Source: Octopus vulgaris (lineage: Eukaryota). From it: 64,000 nt of DNA. The stretch is taken from NCBI GenBank assembly GCA_951406725.2, contig OX597821.1:104904001-104968000 (forward strand). Direction: 5' to 3'. Position 1 is the stretch's first letter. Each line of letters starts with the position of its first letter. Below, piece after piece: positions 39,761 through 55,184 of the stretch. A program made the position numbers and the translations under genes. The notes beneath the pieces were generated by a model that saw only the letters and a list, made by a program, of their open reading frames with translations, ran no database searches and had not been told where the DNA came from.

Positions 39761-40651
39761 CAGCAAGAAAAGGGGAGTTGAATAAGAGACTGGAATAGTG
39801 TTCAGTTGAAAGTGGGTATTCTCAGTCACAAATACGCCATGGGTATCTGGTTCTCTGTCATTATGTGTCCTAGCGTCTATTACAGAAAGATGGCTTCATA
39901 TATAAATTATTAAAAGATGTGCACAAACAAAAAAGTATTATTTCTAGAAGCTCGTGAAAGCGTAAAAAAACATCTCACATTGGAACGTCAACATATCTTT
40001 TTTATCAATCGTGCGTGTTAGCGTTTAACATTTTTCAAGCCAAAAAGCTTTTCCAATCTGACATACATTTTTGATATACACTCGTAAATGTTTTATTTCC
40101 TCTCAACAATTTCTCTATACAGCGAGTGTCACTGGAAATTGTGTAAATGTCATTGTATCTGTCAACGTCTGTTTTCTCAATTAGTTTTGTATAAGAATGT
40201 GATTTAGCAACAGGGAATTTATTTTTTTAATTTCAACTATTGCCAGCAATTAGCGATTGTAGTTTCCTGCATTTAAGATAGAAAAGTATACTGTAGACAT
40301 AATTTGATTTACCGTAAGAGGTAATAAATATTTCTCATTAAGTAAGAGGTTTATGTTCAAAATTATGCGTACCATAGCCTGGATTGATATAATAATTTTA
40401 GGCAAATACACAGTGGTTTCAGACATCAGTAGTAGCTTTCAGTTTTCTGCAGCTGCTATTCTAGCCTTTGATATGTATGTATATGTACGGTTCAAGCACA
40501 TATATACACACTTACACAAACAAGATAAGACGGGGAACATTACCAAGTGCACTCATGTATGCATTTATCTCTGCTCATGCTATACATTCATGCCCGCGCA
40601 TAAACACCGAAACACCGAAACTCACAAACTGGTGCACACGCTTATATATGA

Positions 40652-40717
<66 letters not shown>

Positions 40718-40747
40718 CATATATACATACATACATACATGTATATA

Positions 40748-40960
40748 TACTCTTTACTCTCTCTGTTATTCTTTTACTTGTTTCTGTCATCTGACTGTAG
40801 CCATGCTGGAGCACCGCCTTTAGTCGAGCAAATCGACCACGGGACTTATTCTTTGTAAGCCCAGTACACCTAGCTGAACCGCTAGGTGACGGGGACGTAA
40901 ACACACCAGCATCGGTTGTCAATGAAAGCTAGGGGGAAAACACAGACACACAAACACACA
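40748..40960 (-). mobile_element. SINE family B 3' half
   Basis: CATGCTGGAGCACCGCCTTTAGTCGAGCAAATCGACC. Confidence 0.88.
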
Positions 40961-40963
40961 CAC

Positions 40964-41070
<107 letters not shown>

Positions 41071-41142
41071 CATAGAAATATATACATAGACATATATATA
41101 TATATAACAAGGAGAGAAAAAATGTGCACACATAAATATATA

Positions 41143-41203
<61 letters not shown>

Positions 41204-41204
41204 A

Positions 41205-41368
41205 CATTTGTTGCTCTCCTTGTTTGCCTCCTTGTTTTTTGTGTGTCCCTTTCTGTAGAAGAGCGTAATCTCATAAGGTAAAAGACTTTTTTCTATTCCT
41301 GATCGTTATACTAATATATCTCTTTGTTTTGTACACCACCTATCTTCGTCTTTTGTTTTTTCGTAAAC
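41205..41368 (+). mobile_element. Probable Penelope-like terminal fragment with decayed hammerhead
   Basis: CTTT-CTGTAGAAGAGCGTAATCTC-ATAAGGTA-AAAG keeps a hammerhead-like layout but the GAAA box is lost. Lies between (GT)n and (CT)n. Confidence 0.4.
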
Positions 41369-41403
41369 TCTCTCTCTCATCTCTCTCTCTCTAACTCTCT
41401 CTT

Positions 41404-41511
<108 letters not shown>

Positions 41512-41744
41512 CATACACACACACATGCATTTCTACAAGCGTATATTCATAAGTTTATATTTAAATCTTTGGTATTTTTACTTGGTTTTTGATTAAGTAT
41601 AACACATTTCCTGTTATTTTCATTTTTAACAGACACTTAGGTGATGGAAACTGAAGTAACCATAAGATTAAAACTGTAAAACGGTGACGATGAACGGAAT
41701 TTGAAGAAGAAAGGTATAATAAATAATGTTAATAATGATAATAA

Positions 41745-41860
41745 TATTCAAATACATATCAAAACACTAGGCCTTACAAATATATGTAACATATAGAAAA
41801 TTGCACTACTCTCCACTGTACATCTACATCGTACGCAATGCAATTTCAATACAGTAACCA
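41745..41860 (+). mobile_element. R4/Dong-like LINE fragment
   Basis: Aligns to about 38055-38170 (AGAAAATTGCACTACT); preceded by AAT repeats. Confidence 0.65.
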
Positions 41861-41861
41861 T

Positions 41862-42015
41862 GAGTGGCTGTGTGGTAAGTAACTTGCTTACCAACCTCAT
41901 GATTCCGGGTTCAGTCCCACTGCGTGTCACCTTGGGCAAGTGTATTCTGCTATAGTCTCGGGCAGACCAGAGCCTTGTGAGACGGAAAAAAAGAAGACCG
42001 TCGTATATATGTATA

Positions 42016-42078
<63 letters not shown>

Positions 42079-42300
42079 TTATGTGTCTGTGTTTGTCTAT
42101 ACGAACATCGCCTGACAACCGATGCTGGTGTGTTTACGCCCCCGTAACCTAGCGGTTCGGCAAAAAGAGACCGATAGAGTAAGTACTAGGCTAACTGAGA
42201 ATAAGTCCTGGGGTGGATTTGGTCGACTAAAGGCGGTGCTCTAGCATGGCCGCAGTCAAATGACTGAAACAAGTAAATGTGTAAAAGAGAATAAAGGAGT
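41862..42300 (+). mobile_element. SINE family B, near full length
   Basis: GAGTGGCTGTGTGGTAAG..GGTTCAGTCCC head, CORE-like block and tail. Confidence 0.9.
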
Positions 42301-42307
42301 AGAGGGG

Positions 42308-42398
42308 AATCACGGCAAACCAGAACACATACTTAAGTCTCACAGAGCTGCTCTGAGTAGTGAAGTGAAAGCACGCTATAAAAATAAATCTACTGAAT

Positions 42399-42437
<39 letters not shown>

Positions 42438-42700
42438 AATAATAATAATAACAGGTCCAATCAGTATGTTTAAAAAGCACTCAGACAAATACATAAGCAA
42501 AAGACCACGACTTTTGAATGTATGTAGCGTACAAAAAATAGCACTACTAATTACCGCAGACATCCTATGAAAGGAACTTTCAATACAGTGACATTAAGAG
42601 CACCACAATATTCCACATCTCATAAACAAAGCATTAAAATCTACGCTCGAAAGTGTAGTGAAAGCATGTGATAAATATCAGACTGCTACAAATAATATGG
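42308..42700 (+). mobile_element. Two R4/Dong-like 3' fragments separated by (AAC)n(AAT)n
   Basis: GTAGTGAAGTGAAAGCACGCTATAAAAATAAA matches the 3' end of the 37488 copy; a second degraded copy at about 42460-42700. Confidence 0.75.
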
Positions 42701-43308
42701 ATCTAGTCTTTCTCATTCGCAAAAGCAGCCTTGCACCTTAATTTTGCTCAGATTGCTTTATTTTGATTACGATCAACCCGTTACTTTATCTCATAAATAT
42801 AAGAATCTGATGTTATTTGGAATTAAAGTTGGGAAATTTGGGTAATTTTAGCCAATCAACAAACAGTGTGGCCTTAGCAGCTTTTATACCATGACAACAG
42901 GACGCCGTGTTATGGTTCACTTCATTGTTGTCTCAGTGTTGTCTGCGGACTTAGTGGTTCAATTTACTGTTGTCTGTAACGCACATTGTTCGGTGTTGAT
43001 TTTTTTCTAGTTAATTCTTCACACCACGAGGCTCTTTTCACCCGCGTGCATTGTTTTAATTTTTGTGTTAGTACAAATGACTTAGTAAAAAATCAATTAA
43101 ATGCACAAAATCATTATATCAAAGAACCGTAATATACTTATTCATGAGAAAAACGAGTACAGTTGTAATATTATAAGATGAAAGAAATGTCATTAAACGT
43201 ATTTTAAAGTTCCATAACTTTCCATTAATTTATTATCTACATTTTCGAGTGTGTGTGTAAGTGTATGCACATCCACACATCCACACACACACACACACGC
43301 ACATACAT

Positions 43309-43340
<32 letters not shown>

Positions 43341-43417
43341 GTACATATATGTACCTCATTCAATACTTTTCACTCCCTGTCCCTCTCTCTCTCTCTCTCT
43401 TTATATATATATATATA

Positions 43418-43817
43418 TTCTACTCTCTTCTACTCTTCTACTTGTTTCAGTCATTTGACTGCGGCAATGCTGGAGCACCGCCTTTAGTCGAGCAAATCGA
43501 CCCCGGGACTTATTCTTTGTAAGCCCAGTACTTATTCTATCGGTCTCTTTTGCCGAACCGCTAAGTGACGGGGACGTAAACACACCAGCATCGGTTGTCA
43601 AGCAACGCTAGGGGGACAAACACACACACATACACACATATACATATATATACATATATACGACAGGCTTCTTTCAGTTTCAGTTTCCACTCACAAGGTT
43701 TTGTTTGGCCCGAGGCTATAGTAGAAGACCCTTGCCCAAGTTGCTACGCAGTGGGACTGAACCCGGGACCATGTGGTTGGTAGACAAGCTAATTACCACA
43801 CAGCCACTCCTGCGCCT
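43418..43817 (-). mobile_element. SINE family B, full-length ends
   Basis: 5' end GGCGCAGGAGTGGCTGTGTGG on the minus strand through to the tail. Confidence 0.92.
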
Positions 43818-43824
43818 ATATATA

Positions 43825-43904
<80 letters not shown>

Positions 43905-44507
43905 TACAAACAGTTTATAATGAGGTTGTCATTTTAAGGTTGCAAGAAACAGCTAAGTTAACATTGTGAACTTTGCGGGGTATGGAACTGTATATCTTAT
44001 ATAAGAACTCACTTTTCCCTATAAGGCATTACGACATTTAAAGAATGTTAAAGAAGCGTTATTATTGGATATAAAATATATTAATGGAAATAAAATATAC
44101 AACTGCTGTAGTGTATAATATCAAATACAATAATGCAGAAACTTTGAATTATACATAAGTGAAAAAGACACTACAAACTTTAATCATATACATAGATTAA
44201 AATATCTCCGTCACTTAATAACATATCTAAGTGCAGGTAGGCATTAAAACGTCAAACATTTATATTCAAGTATTGTGTATATTTATATCGTCAAAAGAGC
44301 ACGATAATAAAAACAATATCAAAAGTTAAAATTTATTCATCAAATATATTGCGAAAAACTAAATAAGACAAAGCTAGAGTATATACGTTTAAAGGTATGT
44401 AATCGGCAAAACACAATGCACTTATAGATAAAGGTAATATGAGTACAACTTTCTATTGATGTCTTCTTAGGACAGCAAATTGGAGGAAAAAGTCTGAATA
44501 TATATGG

Positions 44508-44583
<76 letters not shown>

Positions 44584-44627
44584 GTATATATATATACATA
44601 TATATATACATATGTATATATATATAC

Positions 44628-44674
<47 letters not shown>

Positions 44675-44695
44675 CATATGTATATATATATATTT

Positions 44696-44751
<56 letters not shown>

Positions 44752-44984
44752 GAACTTATTTGGAAATGGATGCGTGGCGTTTAATTATAAGAGTATACAT
44801 TTAAAAAAATATATCCATATATACATAAATATATGTAAATACATACATGCATACATACATACATCCATACTCAAATAGAAAACAAGACAAGTAACATAAA
44901 AAAAAACCTCCCTTTACCAGTTGTCCTCGGGAACAGTATCAGAAGGCATCAAGAGGAATATGAAAGAAATGGTACGGCTGGAGT

Positions 44985-45230
44985 AAAGGGTAAAGACCCC
45001 CTTCGGTCATGAATGACCATGGGATTGCACCTAGAAAGTTACCCTCCTAGACACAAGTCCGGGCAAGGTTGTTTATGGAAGGCCAGCAGTCGCCCATGCA
45101 TACCAGCCTCCCCTCTCCACGCCACCAGTGTTATCCAAGGGAAAGACAAAGGTCGATACAGCTTGGCACCAGTGACATCGCAACTCATTTCTACAGCTGA
45201 GTGAACTGGAGCAACGTGAAATAAAGTGCC
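44985..45230 (-). mobile_element. SINE family C 3' part
   Basis: Reverse complement of about 61035-61270. Confidence 0.88.
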
Positions 45231-45488
45231 GGAGTAATCAGTAAAATATTACATAGCTAAAAAGAGAGAATAGCAGGGTACCGTAGGCTGCAGGTAGTTC
45301 TGATGGTTATATTAGGCTTCGTACATTTGCACCCCAGGGTCTCTGTGATTGGCGTACTCTGCACCAGATATGCTATATAGTTGATGATTCTTGCCCCTTT
45401 GATCCACGAAGAGTCAAGAAGGAAAGCAAAAAGGAAGATAGATACAAACTTCTTAAGTAGGAAATAATAATAATAATAATAATAATAA

Positions 45489-45535
<47 letters not shown>

Positions 45536-45552
45536 AATAATGATAATAATAA

Positions 45553-45773
45553 TGAGATCACCAATGTTGATATGAGATCGCCAGTGTTGATGTGGGATCA
45601 CTAATCTTGATATGAGATCACTAATCTTGATATGAGATCACTATGTTGCGCACATATGGTTGTGATACATGTGCCTAGTGTACCCTTATCAGGCGGGCAG
45701 TCATGATGGGTATACTGGGCTTTGTATATTTTACTCCAGTGTCACTTTGATGGCATACACTGCTCTCTCACTC
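45553..45773 (+). mobile_element. (AAT)n-embedded element, copy 3 (5'-truncated, tandemly repeated 5' end)
   Basis: Aligns to about 3160-3307; AAT repeats on both sides. Confidence 0.85.
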
Positions 45774-45834
45774 AATAATAATATTAATAATGATGATGAC
45801 GATGACGATTATGATGATGATGATGATGATGATG

Positions 45835-45894
<60 letters not shown>

Positions 45895-45896
<2 letters not shown>

Positions 45897-46010
45897 CATT
45901 GATGTAGCCATACCAAATGACTTATTGGGCACAGCGCACATCTAAGGAACGTATTATCTCTCTGAGGTGCTTGTTGTGACTTGACAGATGATTAAGGACT
46001 CCGGTGCATT
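45895..46010 (+). pseudogene. Short RLE LINE fragment after (AAT)n
   Basis: IDVAIPND joined to LLGTAHI(fs)RNVLSL*, an internally deleted RLE C-terminus. Another fragment (DDSCPFD) near 45380. Confidence 0.55.
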
Positions 46011-46049
46011 TTTACCTACATTGTGTTACGAAGGAATAACAATAAAAAT

Positions 46050-46300
46050 GGGGAGGGAGAGGGGGAGGAGAAGAAGGAGATTGAGGAGGGGGGAAGAAGT
46101 AAAAGTAGAAGAACAATAATGATAATAATAATAAGAAGAAGAAGATGAAAAAGAAGAAAAAGAAGATGATGATGAAGAAAAAGAAGATGATGATGAAGAA
46201 GAAGAAGAAGAAGAAGAAGAAGAAGAAGAAGAAGAAGAAGAAGAAGAAGAAGAAGAACCACAACAACAAAAACAACAACAACAACGACGCCAAGATGAAC
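46050..46300. repeat. Polypurine (GAA)n/(GAT)n tract with (AAC)n
   Basis: Read directly. Confidence 0.95.
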
Positions 46301-47074
46301 AACAATGAAGTTTTGTGAATGAAACCTACCCAGCATTTCCTGATGGAAATGATATTTCGATCAGGAAATACTGGTCGAAAATGAGCTTTCTTTTTATTAT
46401 GATAATATCTTTAACCTCTTAACTACAGGAATGCTATGCTACGAATGGTCTCGTCTTGAATCCCATTTATTTTATGTTTCTATGTTCACTTTCTGTATTG
46501 CATATTTGTTTATTTCTTGTTTCTTCGCTTTCTACCATGTTTGGACTCTTGTTCGTTTGCTTCGCAATTTCCTGGTGGATTCTTGCGCGAAATTGGGTTC
46601 GACAATCTGGCCAATAACTGGTGAGTATTTGGTAACTTGTTACGTCTCTTTTCCTATAGTTTGTGCATTTATTATATGTTTTTAACCATATATAAACCTT
46701 TCTGAAATCAAAATACACCAGGCTAGGACAAATGTATTTTGACAAATATTATCTCCAGATAAGCAGAAACCGAGGTCCACCACTTTTACTGGGTGCCAAT
46801 ACTAGTCACTCATCGAGGGAAGGGACGATAGCTTTGTGCTGAAACACAGAAGACATGTTCTGTATAAATAGTACACTGAGCTTCCATCCATTTATTTTTC
46901 TTCTTTGGAACTTGATGTGTTTTCGATTTGAAGTATGTATTCTCGTGGTGTATATAGTAGTATATGTATATGTAGGGACACACACATATACATATGTAGG
47001 TATAGGTATATGTTTAGTTATTATATACGCACTTATATATATTTGTGATTGTGCGTCTATACATCCATCCATAC

Positions 47075-47118
<44 letters not shown>

Positions 47119-47170
47119 ATATAGATAGATAGATATATATATATAGATATGTGTGTGTATATATTTAGTT

Positions 47171-47216
<46 letters not shown>

Positions 47217-47234
47217 ATGTATATATATATATAT

Positions 47235-47305
<71 letters not shown>

Positions 47306-48212
47306 TAGATATGTGTGTGTATATTTAGTTCCTATATATATATATATTCGTATGTACAAACACGCACACACATACCAAACACACACACACGCTCAAATTT
47401 TCTCTTTGCATTGCATCTTTAAATATTTATCTTGAATTTTTCAAATACAATAATTTAAGAAACATTTATCAAATGCAATAACAAAATAAATATGTGATCT
47501 AAAAAAATGCTAATAAATAAGCAAAGAGTGTGTATGAATTGTGCTGAATTAGCAACCAATCTGCAAACATAACAATACTATATTACCTTTTTTTTTATAC
47601 CGCAAACAACAAATACTCTTCATATTAGACAATGCAATTCCGCTTCAAGAAAATTTTACAAATGCTGTTGTGCATTCTACAGTATATGTCTTATTTAAAT
47701 TCTACGTATGTAAGTATATTTTGTCTTTAACGAATAGATGCTTGCGTTTTCTGTTTCGGTATCCACATCATGCTTAGCGACAACGAGCTAATATTTGCAT
47801 GATTGCAGTTTTACCTGTATTTGTTATAAATACATATTATTAATTAATATACTATTTAAAATATCATTGCTGAATACGAACGTTCCTATATGAGAGTGTA
47901 GTTCTGCATGTGACTTTGAAAATGGAGATGTATATATTCACGCTGTGTAATTAGCGGCTTGAAATTCTCTTCACTAACATTACAAAATATAAGAATATGA
48001 AATGCCTTTTAAAATACGCTATGAATGCTTTTGTTATATATTTCTGGCGGATTTTCTAAATATATACGTGTGAAAGTACAAAGGACACATTTCTGTGTTA
48101 TACAACGATTTACATAAAAAAATGTAAGTATATTCTATATGAAAACAACGCTCATATATCAAGGACACACGCGCACGAACTCACATGCATATACATAATT
48201 ATCTATTTATCC

Positions 48213-48250
<38 letters not shown>

Positions 48251-48879
48251 ATATCCATCTATCTATCTATCTATCGTTTCATTCAATTATTTTTCCAGAA
48301 TAAAGGCGAACAACTATTTCCATGTCAGCAGCTTGAAAAATTGTTAAGGTACATGGATATCTCCCTACTTTTCTTAACAAGAAATCAATGGTATTCTTAA
48401 TTCATAAATAAAGAGATTATTTATCCACCAATACAACGTTGAGCACTCATTCTAACGTTATACACTTTCGAACATACATATGCATACTCCCACACACATA
48501 TCTGTATATAATATTCACTCATTCCTACATATTAGAGGTTGAACTTTTCATTCAGGCATGTGAATGGAATTTTCGTCATAACAAACCCTTAAAAGGCCAA
48601 TATACATAAAACGTTCGCGGTACCCACTGCTGGGAAGATTTTATTTTCATTTCCCTCCGATATCCAGTATATATTGTGTTTTGATGTACGGCCGCTCTAT
48701 ACGAGTTTGTATTTTGTAGTAAAACTATGCCCATATGCTAAATATGATAGACAGATCGCTACTTGAATTGAATGATGCTTTATCCGCGTACGAGGGATTT
48801 CCCCTAAGAATGTACCTTTTACAATCATCTTGTACTCGTATCCTTGTACTCGTATCCTAGTAAGCTAATATCGACCCAG

Positions 48880-49060
48880 GACCAGCAAACTTTGTGTAGG
48901 GCTAACTCGATTACGTCAACTCCCAATAATCAACTGATACTTATTCTATCGAGCTCGAATTGATGAAATGCAGCGTCGACTGCAACGGTGTCTGAGCTCA
49001 GAACGTAAAGCAGACCAAATGCTGCTCGGCGTGATAACAATTCTGCCAGCTCACCGCCCT
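48880..49060 (-). mobile_element. SINE family A, diverged
   Basis: CTCAGAACGTAAAG..TTCTGCCAGCTCACCGCC. Confidence 0.65.
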
Positions 49061-49768
49061 CTGTTAATCTTATATCATCTAGTATTCAGTAACACTAATA
49101 CAGTATTAGTAATATTGAGACAATCTATATGACACCTCTGTTATTTATACCCTCCGACATAATAACTGAGCATTGAGAAATCTAGCACATCTTTCTATAT
49201 TTTCAATTCTCTCAAAAACCACTTCACAAATGTATGCATTAAACAGATTAAGTCTATGATATCCTCCTTTGCGCATTCTTATAGCAACTCCCAGTTAAGG
49301 CGTTAAAATTCGTCTCTGATTTGGTAAATATGCTGGACGTATTTCATTTGTATTTTCAGACGTACCACAACCAGGGAATAAGCTGTTCAATGTAACTATA
49401 GGGGAATCATAAAAAAAATATTTTTTCTTTCAGTTAGCAACAGGATATAAACAAAAGAGAAAATAGTAACGGGTTATTATTGATTACATGATGTTCAGGA
49501 GAAAATCGCTGAAGAAACGAACATACGAATTCATAACTATCCGGTTACCCTATCTGATAGACGCATCTCCCTCTCTTTCTTCCTTCCCTCGGAATAAGCG
49601 GACCTCTGGGGACATCTTCAGATGAACAACTCCCGTCAAGCATGTATCGCGAATCGTCAGGTCCTGACAGTTAATAATTGTGTTTGTATGTGAGGGTACA
49701 TCCCTGAAATTTTTCTATGTGTAGCTGCGCATGTGTGCATATATACATATAAATATCCACACATGCGC

Positions 49769-49830
<62 letters not shown>

Positions 49831-50312
49831 CTGTGTGTGTGTGTGTGTGTGTGTTTATATAAAATATTATGAGGTGATGAATCAGTTTCATGCAAAGAAG
49901 TATTGTATTCCTATTTGAGATTATATTTATGGCGAGATATTTTGGCTTTTTTAATATTTTTTGTTTGGTTTCAAAGGATCACTGTTCGTGAGAACGCTTG
50001 TGTAGACGCTGGGGTCGAAATTCCAGAGAGCTTTTTGGTCTTGCTTCTCAGATACATATACTTAACTACGTATTGTGACTTCAAAATATAACGAAATTAG
50101 TAAATACGTGGCCAGCACATAGGAAATATGATTCACTATCAATATATACATTTATACACACGCACACACACACATACACACACACAGACACACACACACA
50201 GATACACACACATATATAAATCCCATATATATATATACATACATATACATATGAAATATATTTGTATGTATATATATATATATGACATGTGACATAAAAA
50301 GCATTGTGCGCA

Positions 50313-50350
<38 letters not shown>

Positions 50351-50385
50351 TACGTGTGTGTGTGTGTGTGTATATAAACGAAGGC

Positions 50386-50433
<48 letters not shown>

Positions 50434-50738
50434 CCGGGAAATTATTGTATATAGATAAAAAAAGATATAAGACTTAAAATATTAGATGTAGACGTTGCCT
50501 TGCAGCTATATATGATATATCGCTTCATATACATTCATAAACTCATACATACACATGTATTTAACAAGTTAATGCTTTTATATATGTACCTTCATACAGT
50601 ATTATATTGCAGTCGATTTAATCACGTGTAACTGCAGAAGACTGCCGTGTCAATGAATATCGTAATGAAAGGGAGTACAATGGTCCCTTCAATCAACTTG
50701 TCATGAAATATGCAAATACATACAGGCACATATATGTA

Positions 50739-50810
<72 letters not shown>

Positions 50811-50871
50811 TATATTTATATTTATATACATACATATATATGTCTATATATCTATACGGACGTATGTAGAT

Positions 50872-50915
<44 letters not shown>

Positions 50916-51553
50916 ACACACGTATATATATATATATGTATATATATACATATATACACACATATATACAAGCGCATGTACGTGCGTAGGTACGTGTGAT
51001 ACAAAGAGATGTAAATATCAATCGGTTGATTACATAGTCATGTGTATGAGGTACATGCGCACAAGCAGAAACGAATGAGTATAAGCTCGCGCACATACAC
51101 CATTAGATATAGAGATACAGATAATTACACAGATAGTTAGATAGGCTAGATATGCAGTTACACATCTATGTATGTAGGCAGGTTGGTAGGAAATTTATGG
51201 CTATTGGTTAGCCTAAGCAAAGTTAGAAAAATAGGAAAAGATAAATAGGAAAATCGAGAGAAAAAAATAGAGATGGGGAGATCAAAAGAACTATTGGAAA
51301 CTGATAGAAAGAAACATAGAAATTGTATCAATGCTATCTCTGACCAATAACCAGTGCAGAACCTATATATAAGTTAGTCCACTGAAGTAGTTGATGGATG
51401 TAAACTTTTGTCTACCGTCACTACTGACTTTGATGTCTCTATTACACAGAATCACGAACATTTAATCTACTGAAGGTAAGTTAATGTACGGATAGGATTG
51501 CAATTTATATACATCACATATATATATATATATTCACAAACTTACAGATACGT

Positions 51554-51663
<110 letters not shown>

Positions 51664-51779
51664 GTGAATATATGCATATATATATATATAGATATGTAAA
51701 TATATATATGTATAGATATGTATATATATGTATAGATATGTATATATATATATGTATAGATATGTATATATATGTATAG

Positions 51780-51818
<39 letters not shown>

Positions 51819-51884
51819 TATATATATATATATTTACATGTCTATATATATATATATGCACGTATTTATATGCATATATTCACA

Positions 51885-51966
<82 letters not shown>

Positions 51967-52670
51967 CATATACAGAGAGACAGAGAGAGAATGAGAGACA
52001 GAGAATAAGGGAGATAGAGAGAGAGTGAGAAAGGGAGAGATCTATCAACCTATGTGTGTGCGCGTGCGTGTAAATATACCTAAATATACACACGCACGTA
52101 CATAGTGCCATACAAAGATGTGCATATACATAAGCATTCAGTTACAAAGACACACGCTACATGCTGAACCGATACTGTCCCCGCAAACATTAAAACATAC
52201 AGATACGCTAGTTATTGTTCTATCGATAGTGTTAGATATATTTTTCCACTTACACAGGCACACACACACTGGTCCACATATAACGTTTTAACCTATAAAT
52301 GTACATTTAGTCTCTGGATATGTTTTCAACTGTATGTACCATTATTTCATCATAATCATCATCGTTATTTACATTAATATTTTGGCTAGTCTCCTACTGT
52401 CATACAGATTTTCGCTTTATTTTCTCATGCACACTACGTTCCATTTCAAGAATCATCGTTTGCTTATAAATATTTAGCATAAATTCATGTCTATTGTAAG
52501 TAATCAGATATGTAAAAATGAAAAAAAAAATATCATGCCATGAAACTTTTTGAAGACCAGTCTACAACTAAATAAGTACTTTTTGAGAATATTTCATTCG
52601 ATGTATTTCTAAACAGGCGAAGAATTAAAGTTACATGTGAGGTAATTTTATACTGGAAACACCTCGTTAT

Positions 52671-52701
<31 letters not shown>

Positions 52702-52790
52702 CTACTAATATAGGATGAATTTTTTTTTAAAAGTCCGTTATCAGCATATTGGTATACAAATAATTTTCTTTAGCCCTTATTTATAAGTTT

Positions 52791-52908
<118 letters not shown>

Positions 52909-52937
52909 AAATAGTAAAAAGTAAACCAACTTTCTCA

Positions 52938-53052
<115 letters not shown>

Positions 53053-54014
53053 CTGTAAGACTTCAGCATCTCAGTATATTATAACGCTTCTTCTCAGACT
53101 ACTTCAAGAGTGAATACACAACGAATTTTGAAAATTCATTCTACACTTATCAAGATTTTGGTTTGGTTATTCCAAATCCATTTAGACGTAGATTAAATAC
53201 GAAAAACAATGGTTTATTACAAACATGTCTCGTTTATCAATGCAAATTAATCATATACTCCTCTTTTGAGCATAGTTAACACTTACCTATCTGCATCTGC
53301 TGCAGGATGCATAAATTGAAAATAAATAAACCTGTTTCAGATGCATAGTTATGAACGCATTCCTTCTGTACTAACAAACAGACAAAGGCAATGCATGAAC
53401 TAAGACAGGCATGCAAATAAAAAAAGAGGTAATGAATAACACCGTCTCACTTCAATACCTATACTGAGTATTGCAAAGCACTGTGGTAATAGATATTTCG
53501 ATTGATTATAATCATCACGGTTATTTACTGTAAAATAAACGCCGACAAACAGATTTAGGAGGTTTGGTTCTATGACAAGCTGAATCAATGTATAAATATA
53601 TAAACTTGTACGCATTGCTGTGAATAGTGGAAATATGGCTGCTTATGTTGAGATCAAATCATCGTAAAGACTTCCACCTAAGCATATCAACAAAAGAGGC
53701 TTTTGTGATCCATCCGTAATTTCAATAAACCGTACCAAAATATAATGAATGCTGCGGAGTATTATGCAGGAAGTACTATGCATATTATGCGCATTATGCA
53801 GGCAGTGACTTGCCTTAAGCGAATAGAATCAAGCAGAAACGTCGCAAAAATGAATTAAAATGAAACAATGAGTTGGAATTTCTTGCACAAGCTATCAGAA
53901 GAAAGAGCTAGAAATAAGGATGAGAGAACATAAACAACGGCATCCCGACAAACACGGTTACGCACGTGGGCGCGCATACACACAGATACTCACTCTCACA
54001 CGCGCACGCACACA

Positions 54015-54048
<34 letters not shown>

Positions 54049-54561
54049 AAGAAACTTATGGATAATTTCCAAACTTAGTTGGCGAATGTTAAAATCCCGC
54101 CTCCAAATGTATTGAAATTGTACACAGATTTCTAACAAAACCCTTAACTCCATTTCTGACAACTATCAGTAAAAACAAACTCATCAATAATCAACAGTTA
54201 AGCAGTTCTCCTACCGGCAAACACTCGATCATAAATACAAGCTACATTTTATCAAGTCTGTAATCTGTTAGCAAATAAACGTCTCTCTAAAGTATCTTCG
54301 GATTACCCACCAACAAACACTTAATTTTATAATTTAGTTTTCCTTCCCAGGCATGAGACGCACAGCAAGTAAAACAATAGTTCATGTCCGTCTAAGTATT
54401 ACTGGGTCTGAATTGTGTTAATTGAATTGCGTAACATAGACACATTCATTATACGGCAACTATTTTTTTAACACGACCCTTAGATATACTATGTATATAT
54501 AATACAACTATATATCTATATCTGTCAATCAATCTATCTATCTATATATCTATCTATCTAA

Positions 54562-54616
<55 letters not shown>

Positions 54617-54629
54617 TATATATATATAA

Positions 54630-54664
<35 letters not shown>

Positions 54665-54945
54665 TGCATCTATTGGTACAGGACGTCACCAACAGTAAAC
54701 ATCATGGAATACGAAAAACAAATGAATTTAAATACGCAAATAACGAGAGAAAGCAATGGAAAAGAAGACAAGTAATACAACGAATACAAAGAATGACCCT
54801 TCATCAATTGTCGGCTCTACACCCATCTCCCATTTCTTTCAATCAACGGCAATATGAGTCTTCGAAGACAGTTGCTCCCGGAGGGTAAAATTTTGTGACA
54901 AAACAGTACTGTGGAGACAAAGAAGGAAACTGAACGAAATCAAAC

Positions 54946-54987
<42 letters not shown>

Positions 54988-55184
54988 TAATAATAATAAT
55001 AATAATAATAATAAATTTATATAGAAAAAACATTAAGTCCTTAAAGAATAAAAACAATCTTATATAGATGAAAATAATTGGTAGAAAACGAAAGTCGATG
55101 ATGTTAGTTTGTGATAGATATCGTTTAACTCACACATATGGTGGAATATTATAGCATTTGGAAACTACGGTCTAAAGATATATA

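Noticed and set aside
46012-46336. Acidic/basic low-complexity exon
   Set aside because: Compound GAA/GAT/AAC microsatellite next to LINE debris, without splice support.
50678-50702. miR-133-like string TGGTCCCTTCAATCAAC; miR-281-like string near 18101
   Set aside because: Several mismatches and no precursor hairpin seen; the second lies inside a repeat copy.
54676-54945. Further hammerhead or Penelope-like fragments (also 57540-57575)
   Set aside because: Only half of the core (TGATGA or CTGAAGA) is present, with no matching GAAA box and stem.
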